DNA of 64,000 nt from an uncultured archaeon (GTDB lineage Archaea > Thermoplasmatota > Thermoplasmata > Thermoplasmatales > Thermoplasmataceae). Made by a program: the position numbers and the translations under genes. The stretch's first letter is position 1. Each line of letters begins with the position of its first letter. The notes under the pieces were generated by a model. It did no database searches. It worked only from the letters and a program-made list of their open reading frames with translations, and was not told the origin of the DNA. The DNA lies in contig CP009479.1 of NCBI GenBank assembly GCA_000965745.1, positions 1,152,001 to 1,216,000 of the forward strand, read 5' to 3'. This document shows positions 37,841-47,894 of the stretch, one piece after another.

Positions 37841-38623
37841 TCAGTAAGTTGACAACAGGTAAAGGGCTGCGGACAGCACTCCAAAAGCTATTATTATGTA
37901 TCCCTGAAAGAACCTGAGACTGACCTGGGGCGCCTTTCTTATTACCCATGACCCTATGATTCCGCCCAGAAATGCCCCGATTACCAGAGGCGGAGCATAC
38001 GCAATGTTTATGAAGCCCGTGTAATAGAAATGGAGTGCCATTCCGGCAACTGTAACAGGAAGTGTAGCAGCAATAATTGTTGCTATGGCTCTCTTCGGCT
38101 GGGACCTTTTTATCGCCGTCAGGTAGGTCCCTATTATGCCGCCTATGCCTATTCCGATAAAACCTGATACAATTCCGGCAATGAGCGATACAATTCCTGT
38201 GTCTGGAGAATGGGCTGGCCGGGAACTGTATTCTTCAACTCCACCCCTTGTCTGCATGCGGGATGCGTATACAGAAAACAGTCCAAGAGTGATGAGGATT
38301 GTGGAAAACACTCCCTTGAAAATCCCGGATGGTACGTAGCTGGCCAGAAAGGAACCGAATAATGCCCCGAATACGGCAACTGTTGCCATTATCAGGAAAA
38401 GCCTTATGTCCACGAGCTTCTGCCTCATGTTCTGAACGAATCCGGTCAAGGAACTGAATACAAGGGTCAGAAGGCTAAGGCCTGCTGCATCAAGAGGGTT
38501 GAAGCCAAACACGTAGATAAGGAAAAGTATGATCATGACGCCTCCACCTATTCCGGAAATATTCCCTATCAGGCCTACCAGAAAGGCGAGTGCGAAAATT
38601 ACTATTAACAGCAGAAGAAGCAC
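37841..38623 (-). CDS. TauE/SafE family sulfite exporter
   Basis: Duplicated G-x-x-GIGGG repeats, 8 TM. Confidence 0.88.
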   Translation of the reverse strand: MLLLLLIVIFALAFLVGLIGNISGIGGGVMIILFLIYVFGFNPLDAAGLSLLTLVFSSLTGFVQNMRQKLVDIRLFLIMATVAVFGALFGSFLASYVPSGIFKGVFSTILITLGLFSVYASRMQTRGGVEEYSSRPAHSPDTGIVSLIAGIVSGFIGIGIGGIIGTYLTAIKRSQPKRAIATIIAATLPVTVAGMALHFYYTGFINIAYAPPLVIGAFLGGIIGSWVIRKAPQVSLRFFQGYIIIAFGVLSAALYLLSTY

Positions 38624-38759
38624 AATACCCTGAATGTGAGCCTGTATTTAAAGAAAAACAGCAGTTTTACACTTCTTCTTAGAGTTTGTCATTTATGGGT
38701 GTTTCCTCATTTAATTCGGTGCAGGTAACGTTTATATCGAATACTATCTAAACGACAGC

Positions 38760-39482
38760 ATGGCAACATTCGTTCTCGTCCCCGGAGCATGGCTGGGAGC
38801 ATGGGTCTGGAAAAAAATCACACCTGTTCTGCGCAAAAAGGGGCACGATGTGTACACTCTAGCTCTGACAGGGATGGGTGAAAGAGTACACCTCGCAAAC
38901 AGGGACAGCGGTATTGAAGTGGCAGTCCTGGATGTAATCAACCTGATAGAATTTGAGGACCTGAGAGAGGTGGTGCTTGTAGGCCACAGCTTCGCAGGAA
39001 AGGTAGTGAGCATGGTTAAGGACAGAATTCCTGACCGGGTAAATATGGTGGTATTCCTTGACGCCGTGGTTCCTGATAAAAAAGAGGGGCCGCAGAAAGG
39101 CAGGGATGACTGGATGCCGGAACACATAAAGCTTGTGGAGGATGATGCAACTAGGAATGGTGACGGATGGCGTTTGCCTCTCACAGACGGCCTTCTTGTT
39201 GATCTGGTCGATATAAAGGGGGCAGACTGGGAATGGTTCGGGTCCAAGCTCACTCCGTGGCCTCTGAGATTACTGTGGGACCCAATTTCTGTTGGGAAGA
39301 ACTACTTTGAATCCAAGAAGGCATACATCCTCTGTACAGAAGGAGGCGACAATGTCCAGGAGATCATAGACAAAGGACTTGATGGTGAGTATCGGATCAT
39401 AGATTCAGGGCACTGGCCCATGGTTTCCAAACCAAATGAACTTGCAGAAGCACTGATGGATTTGGCCGGGGCCAGTTGGTGA
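38760..39482 (+). CDS. Alpha/beta hydrolase (esterase)
   Basis: FVLVPGAWLG, GHSFAG nucleophile elbow, SGHWPM. Confidence 0.92.
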   Translation: MATFVLVPGAWLGAWVWKKITPVLRKKGHDVYTLALTGMGERVHLANRDSGIEVAVLDVINLIEFEDLREVVLVGHSFAGKVVSMVKDRIPDRVNMVVFLDAVVPDKKEGPQKGRDDWMPEHIKLVEDDATRNGDGWRLPLTDGLLVDLVDIKGADWEWFGSKLTPWPLRLLWDPISVGKNYFESKKAYILCTEGGDNVQEIIDKGLDGEYRIIDSGHWPMVSKPNELAEALMDLAGASW

Positions 39483-39617
39483 TCCCTGGCTACACACTCA
39501 AAATATGGAAAAACTTCCCATATTCGTTCGGTCAGTTGTCTAAAGTGCGGTGAATCGTCAGGGTTTTTGGTCGACAATAACAGAATAGATTTAATAAAAT
39601 ATAACAATGACATTACA

Positions 39618-39899
39618 ATGGCAACTCCAGGCTTTAATTTTCAGGGTGAAGGGGAAATAGTTGAATTTCAGACCGAAGAAGAACCAAAATGGATAACTGT
39701 TCGCCTTGGCGACGGATCCGTAATACAAATCAAGATGGAAATAGTTTCAGTTATGAGGAATGGCAATGATCCAAACACCGGGATTCCAAATTACATGGTT
39801 CAGGCTACCAATATTATAAGAATGGTGAAAATACCAAAAGAACTCATAAAGAGAGGAAAGAAAGAGGACGACAACAGGGGACAGACAATGTACCGGTAG
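39618..39899 (+). CDS. Conserved hypothetical beta-rich small protein
   Basis: ATG ~22 nt downstream of tttaataaaa; protein-like composition. Confidence 0.7.
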   Translation: MATPGFNFQGEGEIVEFQTEEEPKWITVRLGDGSVIQIKMEIVSVMRNGNDPNTGIPNYMVQATNIIRMVKIPKELIKRGKKEDDNRGQTMYR

Positions 39900-40152
39900 T
39901 TTACCGACACATTTCAGATTAGGCCCCAAGCATTTTTCAGTTCACAAATAGTATCAACGGTACATTATTCGAACCTCATTATACAAAACGGCTCTAATAT
40001 ATTTCCACCAATTAAATACTGACGTTCAGTTGATGGAGAAATATCAGTTTCATTCAAAATTCCTGATGTTCTGCCTTCAAAACGGTTTTTAGATTGGAAT
40101 TCTGACAGAACAAATTCGGAAACTATTTTTAAGCAAATGCCATTACAATAAC

Positions 40153-40545
40153 GTGGACGAGAGGGACAGGGCAATTCTTGCCCGACTCCGGGAAAACTCA
40201 AGGTTATCTAACTCAGAGATAGCCAGGGAGCTTAATGTATCAGAGGGAACCATACGTAAGCGGATTTCCAGGCTTGTTTCTTCCGGGGTTATAAAGCAGT
40301 TCACGGTTGTAACAAGCAGCAGCGGGATAGACGCAATTGTCCTCATCAGAATGGACGTCAAAAGGGCCCAGGACATCATCAAACTTCTAAAATCCAGATT
40401 CAGTGAGATCTATGAATTTTCAGGAAGAGTTGATCTCGCAGTGAAACTCACTTGCGGCAGTGTTGAGGAGTTGAACAGGATTGTAGATGAAATAAGGGTA
40501 ATTGACGGAGTGAAGGGAACAGATACACTGATAAGGCTGGGATAG
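40153..40545 (+). CDS. Lrp/AsnC family regulator
   Basis: DERDRAILARLRENSRLSNSEIARELNVSEGTIRKRI wHTH plus RAM domain. Confidence 0.93.
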   Translation: MDERDRAILARLRENSRLSNSEIARELNVSEGTIRKRISRLVSSGVIKQFTVVTSSSGIDAIVLIRMDVKRAQDIIKLLKSRFSEIYEFSGRVDLAVKLTCGSVEELNRIVDEIRVIDGVKGTDTLIRLG

Positions 40546-40639
40546 GCTGACACGTGACACGTGACGTACGTTATTATATATTCAACATGACGATATGATT
40601 AAATATCAAACCAGAATCAGACAAATGGAGAGGACTACA

Positions 40640-40909
40640 ATGGCTGAAGAAAACGTAATCTTTGTGGGAAAGAAACCAACAATGAACTATGTTCTCGCAG
40701 TTGTTACTCAATTCAACAACAACATAGACAAAATAGTCATAAAAGCGAGAGGCAAGACAATCAGCAAGGCAGTGGACATTGCGGAAATTACAAAACACAA
40801 GTTCATTCCTGAAGCTAAATACGCTAACATAAACATTGAGACAGAAGTCCTCCGCGGTGAAAGGGGAGACTCCAACGTTTCATCAATAGAAATTACCTTG
40901 ACAAGGTAA
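40640..40909 (+). CDS. albA: Chromatin protein Alba
   Basis: IFVGKKPTMNYVLAV, IKARGKTISKAVD, VSSIEI. Confidence 0.97.
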   Translation: MAEENVIFVGKKPTMNYVLAVVTQFNNNIDKIVIKARGKTISKAVDIAEITKHKFIPEAKYANINIETEVLRGERGDSNVSSIEITLTR

Positions 40910-41048
40910 GCCTCTCTTTTTTTGATGAGCAATAACAGATCCTCTATTTTCAAGGGTTTTTGTCATTTCTGATAAACACAAGTACATAATATGGACTAAA
41001 AAAGAGTTATATGACTATTCGTAATCATCAGTCTGCATCCTGATAATC

Positions 41049-42029
41049 ATGAAGAGCTTCTTTGAATGGGAGATGGGCCTCCATGGAAAGGTAGAGGAAG
41101 TTAATGAGACACTTCTAAGGAATATCTATACTGCTCAGGATGAACTGTACAGAATGTCAAAGTATGTCATTGAAGCTGGCGGAAAGAGATTCAGGCCCCT
41201 TCTTACGATTCTGGCATATGAAATAAGCACTTCTGAGCCATATTCAAATATTCTTGACCTTGCAGCAGGTTACGAACTCATACACACCGCAAGCCTGATT
41301 CACGACGACATAATAGATAACGCTACGGTAAGGAGGGGACTTCCTACGCTCAATCATGTGGACGGGGAATCCAACGCAATCGTTGTAGGGGACTACCTTT
41401 TTGCAAAGGCCTATGAACTTGGCTCCAGGTATGGCCCGACAGTATCTAAGATAATGGCGGACGCATCCAGCAACCTCGCCGAAGGGCAGATTCTTGAGGC
41501 AACGAATCTTGGCAACCTGGATCTCCAGGAAGACATATACCTTGAGATAATAAGCAACAAGACCGCAAAATTCTTCGGTGCCTGCGCTGAAGGTGCGACT
41601 ACTGCTGCCAAGGCACCCTATGAGGTCAGGATCAATCTGACGAACTTTGCGTACAACCTGGGCATGGCATTCCAGGTTACTGACGATATAATGGACATTG
41701 TTGGAGACCAGGAGAAGATGGGAAAGCCTGTTCTGGCTGATATAGGGCATGAGGCAATAACGCTCCCGGCAATTTATGCACTGAAGCATGGGAACAGGGA
41801 TGCGAAGGAGACTTTGAGAGCTGCACTGACAGGGGACAATACAATCTCCGGTGATAAGATCAAGACTGTCTTTATGGAAACAGGATCCATAGATTACTCG
41901 TTCCGCAAGGCCAAATCATTCACAGAAAAGGCTCTTGAGTCGCTAGGCAAGACCAAGAAGTCCGCCGACCTCGATCTTCTGATGGAACTCGCACTCATAG
42001 TAATTGACAGGATTGAAGAATTCGGATAA
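41049..42029 (+). CDS. trans-Polyprenyl diphosphate synthase (probably medium/long-chain)
   Basis: GGKRFRP, FARM ASLIHDDIID, RRG, SARM FQVTDDIMD; Ala at the fifth position before FARM. Confidence 0.9.
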   Translation: MKSFFEWEMGLHGKVEEVNETLLRNIYTAQDELYRMSKYVIEAGGKRFRPLLTILAYEISTSEPYSNILDLAAGYELIHTASLIHDDIIDNATVRRGLPTLNHVDGESNAIVVGDYLFAKAYELGSRYGPTVSKIMADASSNLAEGQILEATNLGNLDLQEDIYLEIISNKTAKFFGACAEGATTAAKAPYEVRINLTNFAYNLGMAFQVTDDIMDIVGDQEKMGKPVLADIGHEAITLPAIYALKHGNRDAKETLRAALTGDNTISGDKIKTVFMETGSIDYSFRKAKSFTEKALESLGKTKKSADLDLLMELALIVIDRIEEFG

Positions 42030-42030
42030 G

Positions 42031-43194
42031 ATGACAACTAGAATAATGCTTTTTACCGGCAAAGGTGGAGTGGGCAAAACGAGTGTCGCAGCAGCAACTG
42101 CTGCCATGATGGCAAGCAGGGGCCTGAAGACCCTGATTATGTCAACGGACCCTGCCCACAGCCTAGCAGATGCTGTCGGAGCCAGAATAGGGCCTGTTAC
42201 AAAGAAGATTGGCGAGAATTTCTATGCACAGGAAGTGAGCGTTCTCGAAGCCATAAGCAGCCACTGGGATGAACTCAAGGGATACCTCACTGGCCTCTTT
42301 CAATCCCAGGGACTAGACCCTGTTTCTGCCGAGGAAATAGCAACGCTTCCCGGGTTCGATGAAGCTTCTCACCTCCTCTATCTCAACGAATATGTCGAAG
42401 CAGGCGAATATGATGTTATTGTTCTTGACAGCGCCCCTACTGGCGAAGCTCTGAAGCTTCTGTCATTCCCCGAGGCGATGTCCTGGTACATGGAGAAGTT
42501 CTTCCCAATAAGCAGGAAAACTGCCAAGATAATCAGGCCAATGGCCAAGCCGTTTTTCAACCTCCCTCTTCCCGACGATTCTGTATTCAGGAGCATGGAG
42601 ACCCTTTACAACAACCTGAGCAAAGTGAGGGGGCTGCTCTTGGATCCTGAAATGACTTCAATCAGGCTCATTTGCAATCCCGACAGGATGTCTGTCAATG
42701 AAACGAAGAGGGCTTACACCTACCTCATGCTTTATGAGTATCCGGTTGACGGTGTTATAGTAAACAAAATATACAGGGAAAATACAGGGCCGTTCTTTGA
42801 GAAATGGAGAAAGTCCCAGGATGAGATAATAAAGGAGATTGAGGACTCATTCGGCGATGTCAAGATATTCAAGTCCTATCTTACGGAGGAGGAGCCTACA
42901 GGCCTGGAAAGGCTGATCGACTTCGGCAGGAGAATTTACGGTGACGACGATCCTTACGACATATTCTACTCGGGAAGGCCAGTCGAGTATATCAGGGAAA
43001 ACGGTGAAAGTATTGTCAAGATAAAGCTCCCATTCGCGGACAAGGAGAACCTGAACCTCTTTAACAAAGGGGGAGAGCTTGTTATAGAAATGGACAACTG
43101 GAGAAGGGTATTTTATCTGCCACAGACTTTTTCAGATAAGAGTCCTGAGTCCGCAGAATTTATTAACCAACATTTACTCATAAAGATGTCATGA
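42031..43194 (+). CDS. ArsA/Get3 family ATPase with C-terminal alpha-crystallin (HSP20-like) domain
   Basis: GKGGVGKTS, STDPAHSL, DSAPTG; C-terminal LPF...GELVI...RR...LP beta-sandwich. Confidence 0.9.
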   Translation: MTTRIMLFTGKGGVGKTSVAAATAAMMASRGLKTLIMSTDPAHSLADAVGARIGPVTKKIGENFYAQEVSVLEAISSHWDELKGYLTGLFQSQGLDPVSAEEIATLPGFDEASHLLYLNEYVEAGEYDVIVLDSAPTGEALKLLSFPEAMSWYMEKFFPISRKTAKIIRPMAKPFFNLPLPDDSVFRSMETLYNNLSKVRGLLLDPEMTSIRLICNPDRMSVNETKRAYTYLMLYEYPVDGVIVNKIYRENTGPFFEKWRKSQDEIIKEIEDSFGDVKIFKSYLTEEEPTGLERLIDFGRRIYGDDDPYDIFYSGRPVEYIRENGESIVKIKLPFADKENLNLFNKGGELVIEMDNWRRVFYLPQTFSDKSPESAEFINQHLLIKMS

Positions 43195-43415
43195 GCACGT
43201 CGGATCAGAAGCAGGGGAGCAACGAAAAACAGAATTCCCAAAACAGCACGGTCATTGAGATAAAGATTTCAATACCCCCATTTCTAGGTGGGAACGTAGG
43301 ATCACTTTTCGACCATCTAGGCCAGGCAGCCAAGGAACTGGCAAAGGCAGGAAGGTCGTTCATCTCTGCAGAAAACCAGCAACCCGTGAAAATGCGCAAG
43401 ATTGAAATAAAATAA
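43191..43415 (+). CDS. Small protein with amphipathic helix and C-terminal IxI motif
   Basis: 4-bp overlap with the ATPase gene; FDHLGQAAKELAKAGRSF; ends KIEIK. Confidence 0.7.
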   Translation: MSTSDQKQGSNEKQNSQNSTVIEIKISIPPFLGGNVGSLFDHLGQAAKELAKAGRSFISAENQQPVKMRKIEIK

Positions 43416-43496
43416 TTATCACTATACATTTAGTCGTTAATATTTTAACATTATCCCGATTACCCATGCGGTAGTTTTCATCTGAATGGTGATGTT

Positions 43497-45041
43497 ATGG
43501 ATATTGACAAATTTAGGGAAGAAACATTGAAGAGACTTGGCCTGGGTGAGGTCAACTCCGGTATTTATGATGGCAAGTGGGCTCCAGTAGAGGGAAGGGA
43601 GACTGTTACTTCATACAGCCCAATTGATGGAAAACCGATAGCAAAAGTCACCCTGGCAAGAAAGGATGACTACGATGAAACCGTCAAGAAATCCAAATCA
43701 GTTTTTGAGGAGTTCAGGCTGATTCCCGCACCAAAGCGTGGGCAGATAATAGCCGAAATAGGACGTGCCCTCAGGGAACATAAGGAAGACCTGGGAAGGA
43801 TGGTGACCCTCGAGGTCGGGAAGACAAAGAGTGAAGGCGAGGGCGAAATTCAGGAGATGATTGACATTGCCGATTTTGCAGTGGGGCTCTCAAGGCAACT
43901 TTACGGGCTGACAATTGCAAGTGAACGCCCTTACCACAGGCTGTATGAACAATGGATTCCACTGGGGCCGGTTGCAGTCATATCCGCATTCAACTTCCCC
44001 TCTGCAGTATGGTCATGGAATGCATTCATAGCTGGAGCAGCAGGGGATACAGTTGTGTGGAAACCTTCCACTAAAGCACCACTTACAGCTGTTGCGGTAA
44101 TGAAAGTCATATCCGGCGTTTTTGAGAAACACGGATTCCCGCCTGTCTACAGCCTGATAGTCAGCAAAGGGTCCGAAGGGGGAAACTGGATCACCGATGA
44201 TCCTGAACTCAGGCTTGTGTCATTTACCGGTTCAACAAGGGTTGGAAAGAGAATCTCTGAGCAAGTTTCCAGGAGGCTGGGAAGGAGTATCCTCGAGCTT
44301 GGAGGCAACAATGCAGCGATTGTCACAGCAAAGAGCGATGAAAACATAGCTCTTAAGGGAGTCGTATTCGGCGCCCTTGCAACTGCGGGGCAGAGATGTA
44401 CAAGCACCAGAAGGGCAATTGTTGAATCCTCAATTTATGATAACTTCCTTGGGAAGCTGAAGAACGCGTATTCGAAGATCAAGGTTGGAAATCCCTCTGA
44501 GAAAGGGACGCTTGTTGGCCCCCTTATTGATGCCGAAGCCATAGAAGATTTCAAGAATACGGTTGAGACAGCCAAGAGACAGGGTGGAAAAGTGATATAC
44601 GGAGGAAAAGTAGTGGAGAATCCGACTGTTCCTGGCGGGTTCTACGTCGAACCAACACTGATAGAGGCACACAGCGGAATGGACATAGTCAAAGAAGAAA
44701 CATTTGCCCCCATACTGTATGTACTTAAGTACACAGGTATCGAAGAAGCACTCAGGCTGCACAACTCAGTCCCGCAGGGTCTTTCATCAGCACTGTTCAC
44801 CAATGACATGAGGGAAGAGGAAGCCTTCCTGTCGGCCTACGGATCGGACTGCGGGATTGCAAATGTAAACACGAGCACTGCCGGTGCAGAAATCGGCGGG
44901 GCATTCGGCGGCGAGAAGGAGACCGGGGGAGGCAGAGAGAGCGGCAGTGACGCCTGGAAGGGGTATATGAGGAGGCAGACGGTCACAAAGAACTGGGGAG
45001 ACGACATACCTCTGGCGCAGGACGTTGTTTTTGACTTCTAG
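43497..45041 (+). CDS. Aldehyde dehydrogenase (ALDH7/AASA dehydrogenase-like)
   Basis: SFTGST, LELGGNN, GQRCT, ETFAP, GAEIGGAFGGEKETGGGRESG. Confidence 0.95.
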   Translation: MDIDKFREETLKRLGLGEVNSGIYDGKWAPVEGRETVTSYSPIDGKPIAKVTLARKDDYDETVKKSKSVFEEFRLIPAPKRGQIIAEIGRALREHKEDLGRMVTLEVGKTKSEGEGEIQEMIDIADFAVGLSRQLYGLTIASERPYHRLYEQWIPLGPVAVISAFNFPSAVWSWNAFIAGAAGDTVVWKPSTKAPLTAVAVMKVISGVFEKHGFPPVYSLIVSKGSEGGNWITDDPELRLVSFTGSTRVGKRISEQVSRRLGRSILELGGNNAAIVTAKSDENIALKGVVFGALATAGQRCTSTRRAIVESSIYDNFLGKLKNAYSKIKVGNPSEKGTLVGPLIDAEAIEDFKNTVETAKRQGGKVIYGGKVVENPTVPGGFYVEPTLIEAHSGMDIVKEETFAPILYVLKYTGIEEALRLHNSVPQGLSSALFTNDMREEEAFLSAYGSDCGIANVNTSTAGAEIGGAFGGEKETGGGRESGSDAWKGYMRRQTVTKNWGDDIPLAQDVVFDF

Positions 45042-45109
45042 GCTTCATATTACCAAGAGTAATATTTTTATCACTAAATTTTTTTAATCTGTTCCCATAC
45101 AAAATCCCA

Positions 45110-45937
45110 GTGAGCGAGATCAGAACCATTGAAGATATAAAATTCGTAAAATCAGTAGAACTTGTACCCAGGAAGGAGGGAGGGGTCGAAGACATCCTGG
45201 AGGCCGTGGATATCCTGGGCTCCTCAGCCAATTTCCTCACTTCCCCGGAGAACCCCATGGGAAAGCCCGGCATCGATCCTGTAATGTCGCTATATCTCGC
45301 ATCCAGGAACAGTAATTTTATCGTGATGCCACATATTACTCCTAGGGATAAAAACTCATTATTCGTTTACTCCCAGGTGCTTACTGCACTGAAATTCGGC
45401 ATAAACCACTTTTTCATTATAGGCGGAGATCCGATAGACCAGACTATAGGCGCAAAGGAAGTGCGGGAGATGGATGTAATGGGAATGATATCCGCTATTT
45501 CCGGAGAAGACGGGTACGTCAAGAGGCAGAATGGATATGGCAATTCGATCAGGCTTGGCGCTGCGCTTAACCCTTACAGGGAACAGGAACCTGAGATAGC
45601 TGGAAAGAAGCTGGAAGCAGGGTCCAACTTCTTCATTTCACAGATTCTATACGAGAGTCAATGGTTGAAGAAAGACTGGGTCAAGGAAAGGAAATTTAAA
45701 GTGGTAGCAGGCTTTTTCCCGTTGCGCAAGAAATCACAGCTGAAGTTCGTGAAAAAAATGCATGTCCCGGTTTCTGAAGAAGTTGAGAACAGGATAGAAA
45801 ATTCTGACAACGTCGCGGAAACCTCAAGAAAATTAATATTGGATACAATTGACGACCTCAAGGGCTACATCGACGGAGTCCACATCATGCCCATAGGCCA
45901 CAATGAGATAGCCAGGGACATACTGGAGAGTGTATAG
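45110..45937 (+). CDS. metF: Methylenetetrahydrofolate reductase-like protein
   Basis: SVELVP, PHITPRDKN, GGDP, KKLEAGSNFFISQ, GVHIM. Confidence 0.8.
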   Translation: MSEIRTIEDIKFVKSVELVPRKEGGVEDILEAVDILGSSANFLTSPENPMGKPGIDPVMSLYLASRNSNFIVMPHITPRDKNSLFVYSQVLTALKFGINHFFIIGGDPIDQTIGAKEVREMDVMGMISAISGEDGYVKRQNGYGNSIRLGAALNPYREQEPEIAGKKLEAGSNFFISQILYESQWLKKDWVKERKFKVVAGFFPLRKKSQLKFVKKMHVPVSEEVENRIENSDNVAETSRKLILDTIDDLKGYIDGVHIMPIGHNEIARDILESV

Positions 45938-46852
45938 ATGGCAAAAGTTGAAACACATGTTTACGGCATATACCCAAAAACAGAGAATCTGAGAAAAAAT
46001 ATTAACAGATGGGAACGCGGAAAGATTGAGACAGGAGAAATATATGAGGCATTGCGACAGGAGAAAGAACAGTATTTTACTCTCCTCGACGAGAATAAAA
46101 TCGCCACTTTCACCGATCCGCTTTTCAACTGGTATGATGTTCTCAGGCCCATAGTCCTTCTGTCAGGGGGGTCTCTCGGTCCACTTACAAGATATAAGGA
46201 GAACAACACTTTCTACAGGCTTCCTGAGTTTGAGGAGGTGAAAGGCCTTACAATGGACCCGACAAAGAATGCTGAGGTTGAATCAAACCCCCCGTTTCCC
46301 CTTTACCAGAACGCTGGGTCAAACGGCTTCAGTGCATTTTTACCCTCACCGGTGACCATATACAGGATGTCGCAGGTATCCGAGAAAATCGGAAAAAGTG
46401 ACTTCATAAACAAAATCACGGACAACTATCTTGAAATCTGCAGGAAGTTCGGAGTAAAGAGAACCACCATTTTTGAGTCATTTGAATACGGCAACGAGGA
46501 CATATCTTTCTTGGACAGGCTTTCCAAGGAACTTGATGTTTACCTGATCACAGAGGGAAAGCTGAACGAGGCGACCTTCAAGAACCTTGGTGAAAAGCTA
46601 TACTCGGTCGTGGTCTCAAAGGAGGGCGATATCTCCCTGGCAGCCAAGTATTCAAAGGTTCCGGGCGTGAAACTGCTTGATGCCCACAACACCAAGCTTG
46701 AAAGAGTGGATTCACTCAAAAAGAAGGTTGAAGAACTGTCCGGCGGAATCAATGCGGAAAGCATTGTCGTCACGAATTCAGACTATTATGATTTCCTTCC
46801 CCGCAGCATCGCAGACAGGAAGGTAGAAATTCTCTCTCAGGTAGGTGAGTAA
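45938..46852 (+). CDS. Split MetE, folate-binding (N-half-like) subunit
   Basis: GIYPK, TDPLFNWYD, RYKENNTFYRLP; lacks Zn ligands; lies between metF and the catalytic subunit. Confidence 0.75.
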   Translation: MAKVETHVYGIYPKTENLRKNINRWERGKIETGEIYEALRQEKEQYFTLLDENKIATFTDPLFNWYDVLRPIVLLSGGSLGPLTRYKENNTFYRLPEFEEVKGLTMDPTKNAEVESNPPFPLYQNAGSNGFSAFLPSPVTIYRMSQVSEKIGKSDFINKITDNYLEICRKFGVKRTTIFESFEYGNEDISFLDRLSKELDVYLITEGKLNEATFKNLGEKLYSVVVSKEGDISLAAKYSKVPGVKLLDAHNTKLERVDSLKKKVEELSGGINAESIVVTNSDYYDFLPRSIADRKVEILSQVGE

Positions 46853-47894
46853 ATTGACGAACATCAAATTCATTACACAGGAAATAGGAAGTTACAGGAA
46901 GCCAGATTATCTCAGCAAGAAATTCCACACTCTAAAGGGAACGCCTGAGTTCAGGGAAAAAGCTGAGAAAGCAACTCTTGAGACACTTAAGCTATTTGAC
47001 GAAGCTGGTCTGCAGAACATCGGCGTTGGCGGAGAAATGTTCAGGTGGGAAATGTATGAACATCTCGCGGACAACATATCGGGGATCGAATTCTATGGAA
47101 AAGTGAGATCATTCGACAACAGGTACTACAACAAAGGTAGCATAGTCAAGGAAATAACCAGGAAGAACCCGGTACATCTGGACGAGCTGGAGTTTGTGCT
47201 CAACAACACGGAGAAAGCCATAAAGGTACCGATCACGGGACCTTATACGATGATGGACTGGTCATTCAACGAGCACTACAGGGACAGAAGGGAACTTGCA
47301 AACGCTTTTGCTGACATAATCAGAGAAGAGATAAGGGACCTGAAAAAGCTCTGGGATACAAGAAGGAGTGGACAGCTCCTGGAGATCCAGATAGATGAAC
47401 CTGCGGCGACAACTCACCCTGACGAGATGGATATTGTTGTTGAGTCAGTCAACAGGTCATTCGAGGGAATAACCGGAGCCGAATTCAGCGTTCATGTATG
47501 CTACAGCAAGGACTACCGGATGCTTTACAACGTAATGCCAGACCTGAAGGTCGATGGTCTTAACCTCGAGTATGCGAACAGGGATACCTTCAAGCTTGGG
47601 GTCGAGGATGAAGCAAGGCCAGGATATGACGATCTTGCTGATTTTGCGGACATCAATGATCAACTTTCAAGAAGGAAGTTCCTTGGCCTTGGCGTCACAG
47701 ATGTCCATCAGGACACCATTGAATCCGTCCAGCTCATAAAAGACAGGATAGGTTATGCGATGGCATTCATCGAGAACCCGACAAACATCAGGCTCAACCC
47801 TGACTGCGGGCTCAGGACAAGGTCAAGGGAAGTGGCATTCCAGAAATTGAAAAATATGGTGGAAGCGAGAGATCTGGTAATGGAAGAATACTAG
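46845..47894 (+). CDS. metE: Cobalamin-independent methionine synthase, catalytic subunit
   Basis: EIGSYRKP, KVPITGPYT, IQIDEPA, HVC, LEY, NPDCGLRTR (Zn ligands). Confidence 0.92.
   Translation: MSKLTNIKFITQEIGSYRKPDYLSKKFHTLKGTPEFREKAEKATLETLKLFDEAGLQNIGVGGEMFRWEMYEHLADNISGIEFYGKVRSFDNRYYNKGSIVKEITRKNPVHLDELEFVLNNTEKAIKVPITGPYTMMDWSFNEHYRDRRELANAFADIIREEIRDLKKLWDTRRSGQLLEIQIDEPAATTHPDEMDIVVESVNRSFEGITGAEFSVHVCYSKDYRMLYNVMPDLKVDGLNLEYANRDTFKLGVEDEARPGYDDLADFADINDQLSRRKFLGLGVTDVHQDTIESVQLIKDRIGYAMAFIENPTNIRLNPDCGLRTRSREVAFQKLKNMVEARDLVMEEY

Noticed and set aside
40922-40972. Possible C/D box sRNA (TTGATGA...CTGA) after alba
   Set aside because: There is no convincing D'/C' pair or guide length, and the region overlaps the T-rich alba terminator.
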